The position numbers were made by a program, and so were the translations under genes. A DNA stretch of 64,000 nucleotides, counting the filler, from Hyphochytrium catenoides (lineage: Eukaryota > Protista > Hyphochytriomycota): assembly GCA_900088475.1 (NCBI GenBank). It is 10 parts of 10 records of this genome, joined end to end, with 100 filler letters (N's around TTAATTAATTAA, not from the genome) between each part and the next. Parts side by side here need not be neighbours in the genome. Positions count along the whole stretch, not along the records: positions 1 to 8,051 come from FLMG01004412.1; positions 8,152 to 17,551 come from FLMG01000644.1; 8 more parts are not named here. One strand, given 5' to 3'. How positions within the stretch are numbered: position 1 is the first letter of the stretch; every line of letters begins with the position of its first letter. This document shows positions 1-12,685 of the stretch, one piece after another. Under the pieces are notes generated by a model. That model worked only from the letters and a program-made list of their open reading frames with translations. It was not told the DNA's origin and searched no databases.

Positions 1-317
1 CACGAGAAATGCGGAAACAATGGAAAGGATAGGCAGAGGAGACAAGTATGCGGGGAAACAGAGAGAGAGAAGGAGAAGGAGAGAGAGAGAGAGAGAAAAA
101 CTTCCACCAGCTAAAGGGCGCAGTAAAAAAGAAAAAAGAGAGCAACAGTCGAAGCCTTGGCCAAGGGAGAAGAGTACCTAAAAGTAACACTACGCAGTCA
201 CACGAAGAAAGAGAGAGAGAGGAATTAGAGAGGGAGAGAGAAAGAGAGAGAAGAAGACGTGACACAATTTGTCCTACTAAACAGAGAGAGAGAGAGTGAG
301 AGACAGACAGACTCACC

Positions 318-3300
318 TGTCCTGGCCCTTCTTCCTCAGGCCAGCAGTTGATGGTGAAGGGGACAAGGGACTCGTCTGCGGACTTGAGAGACCACTTGAG
401 GACGCCAACCTTGCTCTCTGGGAACCCACGACGGGAATCCTGAGGGAGAGAAGCAGTCAGAAGCCTGTTGTACAGCTCTCTCTCTCTCTTTCTCTTCCTT
501 CCCTAAAGTGTCTCCCACTGCAGCTCCTCTCTATTATTTAGATGTACAGCTCTCTCTCTCTCTCTTCCTTCCCTAAAGTGTCTCCCACTGCAGCTCCTCT
601 CTATTATTTAGAGTAAGCGTTAAGTCAAGAATAATGTCTCTCCTCTTTCCTTTTCTTCTTCTTTTTCTCCCTCCTCTCTCTCTGTGTGTCTCTCTCTGTC
701 TCTTCTTGGTTAAATCACTCCTACGACTTCTCTTGCCTTTTCTTCTCTCTGCTTCTCTCCCCTTTCCTTCTCTCTGCTTTGTCTCTTCTCCTCTCTCTCT
801 CTCTCTCTCTCTCTCTATGTATCTCTCTCTCTCCCCTATTGGTCTTCCTTCTCTCTCATCTCCGCACCTTTAGCATAAGCACTTGCTCCTTCTCGTACAA
901 TGCCTTGTCCATCTTCGGATGAGTCTGATCGCAAGCCACGATGAGGACGATTGCAATGTCCAAAAAGGGAGAGAGATTATTGCCAAGTGGGACAGAGAGA
1001 AAGGAAAAGAAAGAAAAAACCTTGGGAGACACAAAAAAAGAGGAAAGAAGAGAGAGAGAGAGGAGAGAGGGAGAGAGAGAGGGAGAGAAAGGGACCTGGA
1101 TGGAAATTCCTGAGTTATCTCCTGCTCTAAGATGGACTTTGCACTTGGCCGCGGCTTGATCATTAACGAGCAACGACAGCGTTCCTTTGAGCTGGATATT
1201 GCAGGAATGAGAGAGAGCGTATGTGTGTGAGTGTCGGAGAAATAGAGAGAAAGAGAGAGAGAGAGAGAGCAAGAGACTCAAACGCTGTTACAAGGAGGAA
1301 AAGCCAAGGCTCTGCGTTCCTACCTCCATACTCTGCAGCGCTCCTTCTCGGTTGAGAGACACAGATATCTTTTCTTCCACGGCAAGAGACACCGGGTCGT
1401 TTGACAGCACTACGAGGCCATTGAATATGAAGAGGAAATTGGGGAAGCGGGGGAAGAGAGAGAGCGACAGCGAGAGAAGAAGAGATGGGCAGCGGAGAAG
1501 AATGGGACGGCGAGGGGGAGCCGAAACCATAAGAGAGATTGCCAGAACAAGAAAGAGCGAGAAAGAGAGAAGAGACGAGAGAGAGAGAGAAGAGAGAATG
1601 AGAAAGGTACGAATCGAGAGATGCGAAGTCAGCAGAAGAAGGAAAGAGTAAGTACCCAGGCAAGAGAAAGATTGAGCTGGTTGTAACATGCTCCCGAAGC
1701 ACGGGAAGAATTCGACAAAGAGAAGAACGCGGAGAGCGAGAAACAGCGAACGAGAAAGAGAAGAGACATTAATTGGGAAGAAGAGGTAAGGAATGTATAA
1801 CTAGTAAGACATATCCAGTGAGAAACTTAAGAAGAGAGAGAGAGAGCAAAGGAGGAGAGAAGAGGAGACAGAGGACTAAGACTAGGAAAGACTTCTTTCT
1901 GGTACCTGGTGCTGGGGTGGCGACCTGCTGGATCTTGGTAGAAGCTAGCGGAGGAGGCTCCTGGAGGTTGTCTTCGGCAGCCAGAGCAGAGACAAAGTCC
2001 ATGGCTTTCTTACTCTTTCCTAACTGCATGCCACGGGCTGAGGTGGAAGGTTTCGGGGCCGCTGGCGCAGGCTCTGCGATAGTAGGCGGAGCAATCGAAG
2101 CCTAAGAGCAGAAGAGGTCCACATGATAGAGAGAAAGAGAGAGATGGAGAGAGAGAGAGGAGGAGAGACAGGAGAGCCAGAAGGGCGTACAAGTGGGATG
2201 TCAGTGATATAGTAGGAGGAAAACAAAGAGACGTGGATTTTGAAAAGAAAATGGAGGCCCAACATTCCTCTGGAGAGGGGGGAGAGCCAAAGGCAGTTCA
2301 GAGAGAAAGAGAGAGAGAGCGAGAGGAAAAGAGAGAAAGGCGAGAGAAAAAGGAAGGAGAAAAAACCGAACCAGAAGAGAGAGAGAACTAGAGGAAAGAG
2401 AAAGGAACGAAGCCTTACGGGCTTGAAACATAAAAACGAAGCGAGGAATAAGAAGGAACGACAGGGACGCCGCGTACCGATCCAAAGCCTGAGGCGCTCT
2501 GGAAGCTTGAGGCTCCGTAACCGCCAGCGCCGCCAAAGCCTCCTCCTGGCGCTCCCGCAGCGCCCATCCCAGAGCCTGCAGAGGACGCATAGGGATCTGT
2601 TGGTCGCAAACCTGCTGCCCTCGCCAGCTTCTCCTTTAGATTTTGACAGAAGGAGGTGGCAGATGGTTTTTAGCGGGTAGTAAGAGGAGTAAGAGCGAGA
2701 GCCGGGTGACCGCATAGTATTTTTGGGATGAGAAAAAAGAAAGCCAAGAAACAGAAGACAGTCTTCTTGAGAGGGAGAGATGAAAAGGGAGGCGGGTCCA
2801 AGTAGAAGTGTCAAGAGTAACCGGGAGGCAATCGGCACTGTATGAGAGACAGAAGGCCAGAAAGAGTAAAAGAGAGAGAGAGAGAGCGGAATTGCCCGAC
2901 GAACAGAGCGAGAGAGAAAGAGAGAATGAATGTATGTGACCATGAAAATGAGAGAGAAAGAGCGGGCAAAGGAAAGATTGAGTGGAAGAAGACATTGAGA
3001 GTTAGCATGGCCGTTGTAGGCTTACCCTCTCTCTCTGCTCCTCTCTGATGGCTTGTGCCTTCCTCCTCATCTCTTCCTTCGCTGTGTCTTCCTTGCTCTG
3101 TCTGATCATCATCTGAAGCTTCTCCTCGTGGCTCTCCATCTCTAGGTTAGTGCGGATCTGCTGGAGATTGATGTGCTCCGAGTAACCTCCAGCGTTTATG
3201 ACCTGCAAAGGTGGTGCCAGGAAGAAAGAGAAAAGAGAGAGAGAGAGATTCGAAAGAAAAGCGGAGAAAGAGCAAGGCGGAAGGGAAGAAGGCAATCAGT

Positions 3301-4537
3301 ACAGAAGCGAAGAGACATTTGGATAGAGAGAGAGAGGGTGTGTGTGAGAGAGAGAGAAAAAGTATGGAGAGAAAAGAGGTATAGAGGGGCGCGGAGAGTC
3401 CAGTCAACGGGTAAGGGTGTGTGAGGAAGGAGCAAATTCAGAGACAAAAAGTGCTAGGGAGAGAGCAAGAGAGAAAGAAATTAAGGAGAGCGAGCCAGCG
3501 GAAGATAGAGCTTGGGAATGCAAAGGACCCAAACAAACTTCTCTTTTTCTCCTTCCGTCTCTCATCCTGGCCTCACCTCATCGAAGGCGAAGACAAGCTC
3601 AAAGCATTTATCAGTTATCACATCCTCGTTCAGACCGCCTGCCACGTCGGGGACCACTGGAAAGAAGAGAGAGAGAAGGAGAGGAAGGAGGTGGGAGATT
3701 GGTGAGCTGATTGGAGCAATATCTCTTGTCCTTCCTCCCTATCAAATTGTCAGACCATCATTCCCTCTGACTTGCGGCAAGGGTTGAAGTCGTAGGGAGC
3801 AGTATCTCTTGCGGCTCCTGGACCCCTTTTTGCCTACATTCTGTTCTCTGTCTTGTATATCAAAGATTCATCCTCTCGAGATATCGCTCTCTCTCACTCT
3901 CTTTCTCTCCCTTTTCGCTGCTTTCACTTTCAGTTTCCCACTAAATAGCAGTCTAATCTTTTATTTTATCTCTCTCTCCTTCCCGTGGTCGTCCTTCTTT
4001 CCTTCTTACTGCACCTTTAGACAGAAGCCTTAGGGTTTCCAGATCTTCGACGATGTTGCTTGCTTTGTTCGTGATAAGAAGGAGAAAGAACTGCTCCATC
4101 GGCTGATAGACATATCTAGACGGAAGGCAATAGAGCAGACGAAGAGAGAAAAGGAAAGAGAAAGAAGAGAGAGAAAGAGAGCGAGCTTAAAATGTGGACT
4201 GGGTTTTAGATACAGACCGAGCAATAAGTTTGATCAGAAAAAGAGAGATAGCAAGAACGACTTCACGGGAGAGAGACAATGAGAGAGGAAAGGAGACAAT
4301 TAAGAGAGGGAGAGGGACCACGACAAGAAGATTCGCCGAGCCAAGCACGTGGGGCGAGGGAGAGAGGCGAGAGAAATAAGAAGGGAGTCGGAGAGGGAAG
4401 AAAGAGAGAGTAGTTTCCTACCGAACGCTCTCTGTGTCTATGAAAGTGTGCTGAGAGTTAGTGCCGATGAGCTTGGGAAATGCCGCGAGCAAGCCCTAGA
4501 GAGAGAGAAGAAAAGAACCGTCAGCAAGGAGCAATAA

Positions 4538-4593
<56 letters not shown>

Positions 4594-5062
4594 CACGACC
4601 GATCGACCTATAACAGAGAGAACAGCAAGAGGAGAAAGAGAGAGCGCAAGGCAATACAAAAGGACACAAGACAACCTTCAAGACGATAAACGATAAACCT
4701 ACCTCGATTCTGATTCGTGACATGTCCACGAACTGCCGCGCCACCAGCACTGAAGATCAACGCGGATTGTCAAGAGCGCCAGCGGGAGACGATGTATATT
4801 TAGAGACGAGAGAGATATAGAAAGAGAGAGAGAGAGAGACTTAGCGCTCCTGTCTCACGACATACATCCCACGCAAGACCAGAGACGTTCGTTACCTTTG
4901 CCATTCTTCCCTAACACTGAAGCCGACAGCACAACCTAGGGAGGACGAAGCGGGACTAAGCTTAGTTGACTGGGAGTGAGGTTTCCGAGACGAAGATGGG
5001 AAAGACTTGGTGGTCAAGAGAGAAAAAGGAGAGAAAAGAAAAGGTAGTTCCCAGCTGACCAT
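318..5062 (-). CDS. ARCN1: Coatomer subunit delta (delta-COP), multi-exon, 3' part runs off the window
   Basis: GT-AG exons give M|[13 protein letters not shown]|[16 protein letters not shown]|[25 protein letters not shown]|[33 protein letters not shown]|...FELVFAFDE|...[10 protein letters not shown] (longin domain) and ...THPKMDK...|[34 protein letters not shown] (mu-homology domain). The first exon is the ATG alone (5060-5062). Confidence 0.96.
470..612. repeat. About 70-bp intronic tandem duplication
   Basis: tacagctctctc...cttccttccctaaagtgtctcccactgcagctcctctctattatttaga occurs twice in tandem. Confidence 0.9.
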
Positions 5063-5776
5063 GTTTGCTAGCGCGGCACGAAGCCGAAAGATACCGTCCT
5101 AGCTCTGAAAGGGCTATGTTATGTCTGTCTGTCTCTTTCTCTGTTTTTCGCTCCAGCCTGATCAATAAATGATGGCCCGCCAGGAGGCTGGTTCTCTGTC
5201 TGTTAGTCAGAGGAGCAGTCGAAGGTCTCAGTCTCCGTTAAAGAAGGTGGTTTGTCTGCAGATGGAGACGCAATAATCTTCACAGATTTACCAAAAATAA
5301 GGAGCTTCCAGTCTCTCTCTGTTTGTCTCTCTCTTTTTGTCTCTCTGTCTCTGTCTCAGTGTATCTCTTTATCACTGTCTCTCTATCTCTCTGTCTCTCC
5401 ACCTCGCCGTCTCTCTGTCTCCGCTCTGTCTCTCTCCCTCGTCACCCAGAAAGGCTGCCTCTCTGAATCACAAATCCGAAACCCTATTCCGAATATCCTA
5501 AAAGGTAAACTCCGGCGTACCGAGTCTGGTGCTCGAGGGTTTATAAGGTCTACCCCGCCATGATATCGGACTTTGTGCGAGCGATGTTGTTAGAATAGGG
5601 AATAGCACTAAGCTATATATCCGATCCGGTCCAGAATGAGTGGAATTATTAGTGGTAATCAGACAGAGGTTATCAAAGACTAATCTCTTTCAGTAAGAAA
5701 CCTACTGATATTGATATTGAAGTTCAGGTGGAAGGACAGATCTGTCTTTTCCTTTCTCCGTCACTCTCTCTCCCTC

Positions 5777-5838
<62 letters not shown>

Positions 5839-6083
5839 CCCCCCTCCTCTCTCTGTCTTTTCTCTCTGCAGCGCTGTTTTTTCCCCTGACACTCGCGACG
5901 CTTTTCTCTCCCTTTCTCCATCCACTTCTGGGTGCTTCGCTCCTGGGCAAGAGACACGCGCAGGAGCTGATGATGCTCAGAGCTTGTCCAGATAATAGAG
6001 AGAACTCACAGGGGCAGAGGAGAGAGAAACAACAAAGAAGAGAGAGAGTCTCGGAGTCTGAGCACGAGAGAAAGCATAGAAAA

Positions 6084-6128
<45 letters not shown>

Positions 6129-6351
6129 AGAGAGAGAAAGAGAAAGGGGATACAGCAGACAGCGTTATGAAGGTCTAACTACTAGTCCTACGGTTAACAC
6201 CAAGAGGACGAATAGGAACCGGAGAAGCAAAGCGCAACCGCCGTCAGAGCCACCCAAGGAGAGAACTGAAGAAAGAGACTCGACGGGGGAGAGGAAAAGA
6301 GAAAGAAAGAAAGAGGATAAAAGTTCAGCAGAGAGAGAGGGAGAGAGAGAG

Positions 6352-6475
6352 ATGTCCACAGTGAATATCCCTAAGGCGCCTCCTGGCCGCAAGGTGGGGG
6401 ATGAGGTCCAGAACTTCAGCGCCGAGTCTCAGCTCGGATTCATTCAGTTCCACACTCTCATTGACGGANNNNNNN

Positions 6476-6514
<39 letters not shown>

Positions 6515-6788
6515 CTTGTTTTTATACTATAACCTCATCCTATCTCTCTCCATTGTAAGTCTCTCGCCCTTCCTCTCTCCGACTCTCTCTTGTTCCTTGT
6601 TTTTATACTCTAACCTCACCCTATCTCTCTCTATTGTAAGTCTCTCTCCCTTTCTCTCTCTGACTTAGCCGCTCTCTCTCACACCCATTCACAGCCTCTC
6701 TCACTCCCTCGGCGACCCTGTCGGTCTCTCTCTGTCTGTCAATGTGTGGTTCTGACTCTCTTCTCTCTCTCTTACTGGCCCCCTCCCC

Positions 6789-6819
<31 letters not shown>

Positions 6820-7567
6820 NNNNCTCTCTCTCTCTCTCTCTCTCTCTTTCTTTCTTTTCTCTCCCCTCATCCCGGACCCTGTTTGACCGTTCTCTCTTGT
6901 CTTTTCTCCGTGTCTTTCTCTATCTTTTTCTCTGTGCTTCTCTTCTCTCTGGTAGGAACTTGGTGCTCTCTCCAAGCTAAAGCCTGAGTTCGATGCACGG
7001 AACTGCAAGATTGTCGTTCTCTGTATCGACACAAGTAATTCTATGGCGTTCTCTCTCCCTCTGTCTCTCTCTCTCTTGTCCTCTCTCTCTCTCTTGTTCT
7101 CTCTCTTTCTCTTTCCGTTCTCTCGCGCCGCTTTCACCTGCATCTTTCGGTTGCCTCTTTCTCTTTCTCTATTCTTCTGTGTCTAGGCGATCCTTCATAG
7201 TCACTCTCTGTCCACATGCATCTGCCTCTTTCAATTTCTCTCTTTCCTATCCTCTCTCTCTCTCTCTCTCTCTTCCCCTCTTACGTCTTTCTTTCTTGTT
7301 CTCTCCCCCCTCCTCTTTCCCCCTGGTCTCGTCTCATTTACAATGCATCCGTCAGCATTTTTTATCTCTCTCTCTCCCCCTGTCTCTCTCTCTCTCTTCT
7401 TATCAAATCCAGCTCTCATTTTGCCTGTTCTCTCTTTTACTCTCTCTCTCTCTCTCTCTCTCTCAGTGGACGGCATTAAGGAGATGATCCTCGATGTGGA
7501 AGAGACGCAGGAAACAAAGATTAGCTACCCAATAGTGGCGGACGAGAAAGGAGAGATATCACGATCT
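6352..7567 (+). CDS. Peroxiredoxin, 1-Cys/Prx6-like, partial
   Basis: Exons MSTVNIPKAPPGRKVGDEVQNFSAESQLGFIQFHTLIDG / ELGALSKLKPEFDARNCKIVVLCIDT / DGIKEMILDVEETQETKISYPIVADEKGEISRS match the Prx6 pattern (GD.APNF, ELG...L.PEF..RN.K, YPI.AD). The catalytic-Cys segment is not visible (N gaps) and the contig ends at 8051. Confidence 0.8.
6507..6646. repeat. Intronic tandem duplication with 80-bp period
   Basis: tcttgttccttgtttttatact(a/c)taacctca(t/c)cctatctctctc..attgtaagtctctc occurs twice with a few substitutions. Confidence 0.85.
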
Positions 7568-7592
7568 GTAAGAAATGAAATGGAAAGCTCTA

Positions 7593-7639
<47 letters not shown>

Positions 7640-8008
7640 TTTCCTCTCATTTACTTGCTCAAGCTGCCCCTCTCCTTCTCTTTTAGTTGTCGCTGATTTA
7701 TCTCCATTCGAGAGATTTCCCTGTCTTTCCGTCTCTCCATTTCCCTCTCCTCCAAAGGCGCCCAGGATTCCTAGCACTAACGGACTATCTGTCTAATTCT
7801 CCCTCTCCCTTTATCTCTCTTCGTCTCTTTTTCTCTCTCTTTCTTTTGTCTCCCTCTCTCTTTCTGTTTCTTCTCTCTCTCTCTCTCTCTCTCTCTGTTT
7901 CTTCTCTCTCCCCTCTCTCTCTCTCTGTTTCTTCTCTCTCTGTTTCTTCTCTCTCTGTTTCTCCTCTCTCTGTTTCTTCTCTCTCTCTCTGTTTCTTCTC
8001 TCTCTGTT

Positions 8009-8044
<36 letters not shown>

Positions 8045-8051
8045 CTTCCCT

Positions 8052-8151
8052 NNNNNNNNNNNNNNNNNNNNNNNNNNNNNNNNNNNNNNNNNNNNTTAAT
8101 TAATTAANNNNNNNNNNNNNNNNNNNNNNNNNNNNNNNNNNNNNNNNNNNN
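8052..8151. other. Artificial contig linker (also 17552-17651, 33742-33841, 42803-42902, 50894-50993, 53516-53615, 57643-57742, 59846-59945, 62758-62857)
   Basis: Identical 100-nt N-TTAATTAATTAA-N blocks giving stops in all six frames. Confidence 0.99.
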
Positions 8152-8308
8152 CAGCGAGGACATCGACTTCTTCCACCAGCAGATCAGCACAAACCAACCC
8201 GTTGTCAGGCGCCGAGTCCATTGGCCTGCATATCTACTCGCTGCTCTGTTTTCCAGTCACCGCCGCTACTAAGCATATTCATCAAAGTTGAGAGGCTGAA
8301 CCACAAAG

Positions 8309-10285
8309 ATGCCACGCATTGACACCGACATCAAGCTGGATTTTAAGGATGTTCTCATCCGCCCCAAGAGATCAACGCTTAAGAGCCGCTCAGAGGTATA
8401 TCTGGAATCAATGGCTGGATTCCCTTATAATGACACTGATGGACGGCGCTGTTTGTCAGGTTGATCTTGACAGGACCTTTACTTTCAAGCACTCTAAGCA
8501 AACGTGGACCGGAGTGGTGAGGCCAAATTTTATCGCGCTAACCTATCGACCTAGATCTGAAGAGGATACATGCAGCCTATTATCGCTGCTAACATGGACA
8601 CGACTGGCACCTTCGAAATGGCTGCAGCTCTGGCAAAGTACAAGATGGTGACAGCGATCCACAAGCATTATACCTTAGAGGAGGTAGGCTGCCTTTCAAT
8701 GCGGATCTTGCTGGCACGCCCAACTGAAGGCCCATTGGGGTGGTGCAGTGGCAGACCTTTGCTCAAGATCACGCAGATGTACTGCCATACGTGGCGGTAA
8801 GCACCGGTACCGGAGAGGCAGAACTCGAGAAGATCAAGGACGTTATCCAGGCAATTCAAGGAGTCAAAATGATCTGCGTCGACGTAGCTAACGGTAAGCA
8901 CTCTCTGAAACCCCTTGTCTAGTCCCCGTCGCGCTAAAAGGCTCTTCATGGCGCAGGTTATTCTGAGAATTTCGTGGAGGTCGTAAGGAAACTCCGTTCT
9001 AGGCACCCTCACCATACGATTATGGCCGGAAACGTTGTAACCGGGGAGATGGTGGAGGAGCTCATCCTTTCAGGAGCTGACATTGTCAAGGTGAGGTTAT
9101 TTTTGGTCCTTTTCCGTGTCCGTTAGATTTGCGGCAGCCGCTTACGCCTGTGGCTGTGTAGGTCGGCATTGGTCCTGGATCAGTATGTACGACCAGGAAG
9201 CAGACAGGCGTAGGCTATCCGCAGCTGAGCGCAACTATTGAGTGTGCAGATGCTGCTCATGGCCTTGGTGGAATGGTCATCTCTGATGGTGGCTGCACCT
9301 GCCCTGGGGATCTGGCTAAGGCCTTTGGCGCTGGTGCAGACTTCGTGATGCTAGGCGGTATGTTTGCTGGCCATGATGAGAGCGGCGGCGAGCATGTCGT
9401 AGTGAACGGTAAGTTCTAAGCTCACTCCATCTAATTGGTTGTGGAACAGTCAGCTCTTGGGCTTGCAATTTGTGGGACAATCAGCTCTTGAGTTTGCAAT
9501 TTGCGTTGGAGAAAGTCATGCAACGGTGTGATTTAGTATACAGCGTGGCTCTTTTCTCCTCTATGCCAATTGATAAAGCAAAGGTTGCTGATCAATACTA
9601 AATGCAGGCAAGAGAATGAAGAAGTTCTACGGCATGAGCTCTCGCACTGCAATNNNNNNNNNNNNNNNNNNNNNNNNNNNNNNNNNNNNNNNNNNNNNNN
9701 NNNNNNNNNNNNNNNNNNNNNNNGTCAAGGAATTGCTTGGAGGACTCAGATCTGCCTGCACATACATTGGAGCCAAGTATCTGAAAGAGATCAGCAAGGT
9801 CTATCCAATAAACCTTCTCCGTCCTACTTCTCTGTCCTTTCTCTTCTTCGGCTCTTTCCTTCATTACTATCCTGACTGGGCTCTTTTTCCCTATGTCTCT
9901 CTCTAGTTCCCTGCGTCTCTCTCTAATTCCGCCCATCCTCGTTCCTTAGTGGCTGAGTTCTCTCACTCTCACCTGTCTCTCACTGCCGCCATTATGTCCT
10001 TCAGCCTTTCTGTCCTTCGAGACTCAAATGTTGCTGGCCAGAAAATGAAGCCTATTGCTCTCAGCTCCTTGGCCCTCCTTCATCGTACTAATATTTCCCT
10101 CGTTTTCCACGGCGCAGCGCACAACCTTCATCCGCGTGACCCAGCAGCTGAATGAAGTTTTTGGAGCCGCACCTCCTACCGAGACCGCACAGGGACTTGA
10201 CGCTCTCTCTGGCCACGAACGCCAGGGCCTGACCGGCAAGCATGACGGACCTCAGCCGTCCAGCCCGAAGCGTGCGAAGCACTAG
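8309..10285 (+). CDS. GMPR: GMP reductase, multi-exon
   Basis: [29 protein letters not shown]|VDLDRTFTF...|[16 protein letters not shown]...HKHY|...ICVDVANG|YSE...[22 protein letters not shown]|[24 protein letters not shown]...|KKFYGMSS...[13 protein letters not shown]|[16 protein letters not shown]. Confidence 0.97.
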
Positions 10286-11425
10286 AATGCCGCCAGGGGC
10301 TAGAGACTTGGCAGCAGAGGCTATCAAAATTGTTATCTGTATCTTCTATAATGGACTGCCGCACCGGGATATAGTGTGCTGGTCGTTGGACCCTTCCACT
10401 GTCAGCTGTCATAAATCGCTCTTTGATAATCCTCTGCCGTAGTGCCCGCTGCCTCTCCAACTATACGAACTTAGTCCAGGGCGTCTATGCCATGCTAGGG
10501 ACTATGGAGCGGGTTTGCCTCTTCATCCCACCTGCTGCTAGCTCTCTCTCCTCCTCTCTTCTCTCTTTCTATGGGCGTCTTTACCTGACCTGTCCACATC
10601 TGCTCTGGAGCGTGGCTTTTCGTCCGTGTGGACCAAAGGTAATATCATTGGACGTGTGCCGCTAACGGCATTTAGAAAAAGGGTTAGCGGATCTCTTCGC
10701 TCGCTTGCTCTCCTGTCCCGTCCCTGTTTCTCTTTCTCTCTCTCCTCTTTCCCTCTCTCTCTTTCTCTCTCCCCCTCTCTCTCTCTCTCTCTCTCTGTCG
10801 CTCCCCCCTCCCAAGGTTGTCGTCCTGCCTTGCCTACTGAACTCCCTTCTGTCATCTTACTAGCTCATGAACTGCTGTCAAACTTCACGTCATCGAGACA
10901 CCAAAGCAGCTTCTCCTCTTGGCTTCTCAGATAAGCAGGGACGGCCCACCGAGAGTGCAACGTTGCAACAGAAACAAATCAATAGGGCTGTCTCAAGAAG
11001 TCTCGCAGTCCATAGAGTTGCGCTTTTTATAGAATGATTCGGACGCTGACAGGAGGCAGGCGCTCTTCTTGGCATCGCTGGCACATTGGCAGGCGGATAG
11101 AGGAGGTTTCTAGGAAGGCACCGGTAAGTTGACAGACGCCAACAAACCAGCGACATCTAGCATCACCTATAGTTCGCTATTCTATGGCCTTTCCCACGCT
11201 ATGCGGTCTCACATAGTGGACGGTTTGCAGGATCTCATGTGGATAGGGGTCTTGCCCTCGGCTGCCTCATTTATCTCTCTCGCAATCGCGCTCCGTTCTC
11301 TTACTCTTTATCTGCCTCTGCGAGTCTGTCTCTTTCTTGTGCTTGCGCTTTCCTCGGACACCTCATTCCTTGCTCCATCTTTGAGTCTCTTCTGTTTACT
11401 GTCTCAGCATTCCTACCGCTGACAT

Positions 11426-12685
11426 ATGCTAAATTTTTTTAACCAGGTGATTCCTAGTCTCTCCTGCGCGAACCTAACCAAGCTCGCAAGGGGACGGAAG
11501 AGAAGCCTTCCTGCTTCCAGACACTTCTCCACTCTCCTTGACCACCCAGAGCCTGTAGAGCCTCTGGATGTGAGAGTGTCAGAGGAGGAAAATGCAGGGC
11601 ACAGACGAGAGATTGTCCTTCAAGATGTATTTCATTCTCTCTCAGAGGATGAGCTAGCACTAAGGGCCATTCAGAAGCACTGGCAAGAAGACAGGGAGAC
11701 GAGAGAAGCGCTCTCCACTCTGGTCGTCCAGATAGCAGAACGGTGTCAGAGCTGTAGAAGACACCTTAAAGCTGACGTCGGAGGAGAAGGCAGCGCGGTG
11801 GGCCCATCCCTTTCTCTTAGAAGAGTTTCTTATGGCGTGGTCTGGTGTACGGGGGTAGGCAAATCTGCCCTAGTAGCGCAGAGGCTGTCGAAGACGCTGT
11901 GCTCTGTAGGCATTCGATCGTCCTTCGTGCATGGCACTGAGTGGTCTCACGGGGATATCGGCGCAGCGTCAGATGGAGACATTGTAAGCTACATTATCTT
12001 CCCTTACTCTTACTTCCTCTCTTGGGAATAGGAACCTTTCCTTGCTCGGTAATTCCCCTGCCTTCGGTGTCCATTCTCTTTTGCCTTAGTCTTCTTCGCC
12101 TTACAAGGCATCTCTCCTCATGCCCTCGAGCTATAATTACTTCTTGACTCTTGACTAGATTTTCTTCATCGTTGACAAGTAAACAAGAGCTGCTCTGACT
12201 CCGGGTTTTCCAACTTCTAGGCAGTCATTTTTTCAAATAGTGGCAAGACACCTGAGCTCCTAGGCCTTCCTTTCCTCCTGGAACGAAGAGGAGCCTCCAC
12301 CTTCCTCATCTCCAGAACGAGAGACAGTCCTTTAGCCAAAGGCACACCAGCCACTAAGGTAAAGAAGAGGGTCTACTCAAACGAGCTTTTCAAGAAACTG
12401 CTCTCTTAGCCATTGCCCTCCCTGTTGAGATTGTCTTTTCTTTTGGCCACCTGTCTCTCCTCCTACTGCCTGTAACTAATGACTGCTCTTTCCCTCTCGT
12501 TGTCTTGCCAGACCATCCTTGCCCCCATCCACAGCGAACTGCTCCAGCGTGTGCCGTCGCGTAGCATTGTAGTTCATGAAGCAATTGCGAACTGCGTGGT
12601 ACAGGCTGTCGTCAGGCAAACGGGCGGCACCCTTCAAGAGTTCATTGACAACCATCCGGGAGGGGCAGCCGGCATGGAGGACTGA
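11426..12685 (+). CDS. SIS-domain sugar-phosphate isomerase, KdsD/KpsF/GutQ (arabinose-5-phosphate isomerase) family, no CBS domains; start uncertain
   Basis: TGVGKSALVAQRLSKTLCSVGIRSSFVHGTEWSHGDIG|AVIFSNSGKTPEL...RDSPLAK|...VPSRSIVVHEAIAN...EFIDNHPGGAAG* with two GT-AG introns. Confidence 0.88.

Noticed and set aside
48-8051. Many ERERER / LSLSLS ORFs in the track
   Set aside because: Translations of (GA)n/(CT)n intronic microsatellite, which lacks stop codons.
8052-8151. Recurrent TTAATTAATTAA palindrome
   Set aside because: Always embedded in identical N padding. It is a contig-joining linker, so adjacency across it has no biological meaning.
8309-12685. guaC + kdsD-like pair as a bacterial operon or contaminant
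   Set aside because: Both have multiple spliceosomal introns, lie over 1 kb apart, share no pathway, and neighbour CDK10.
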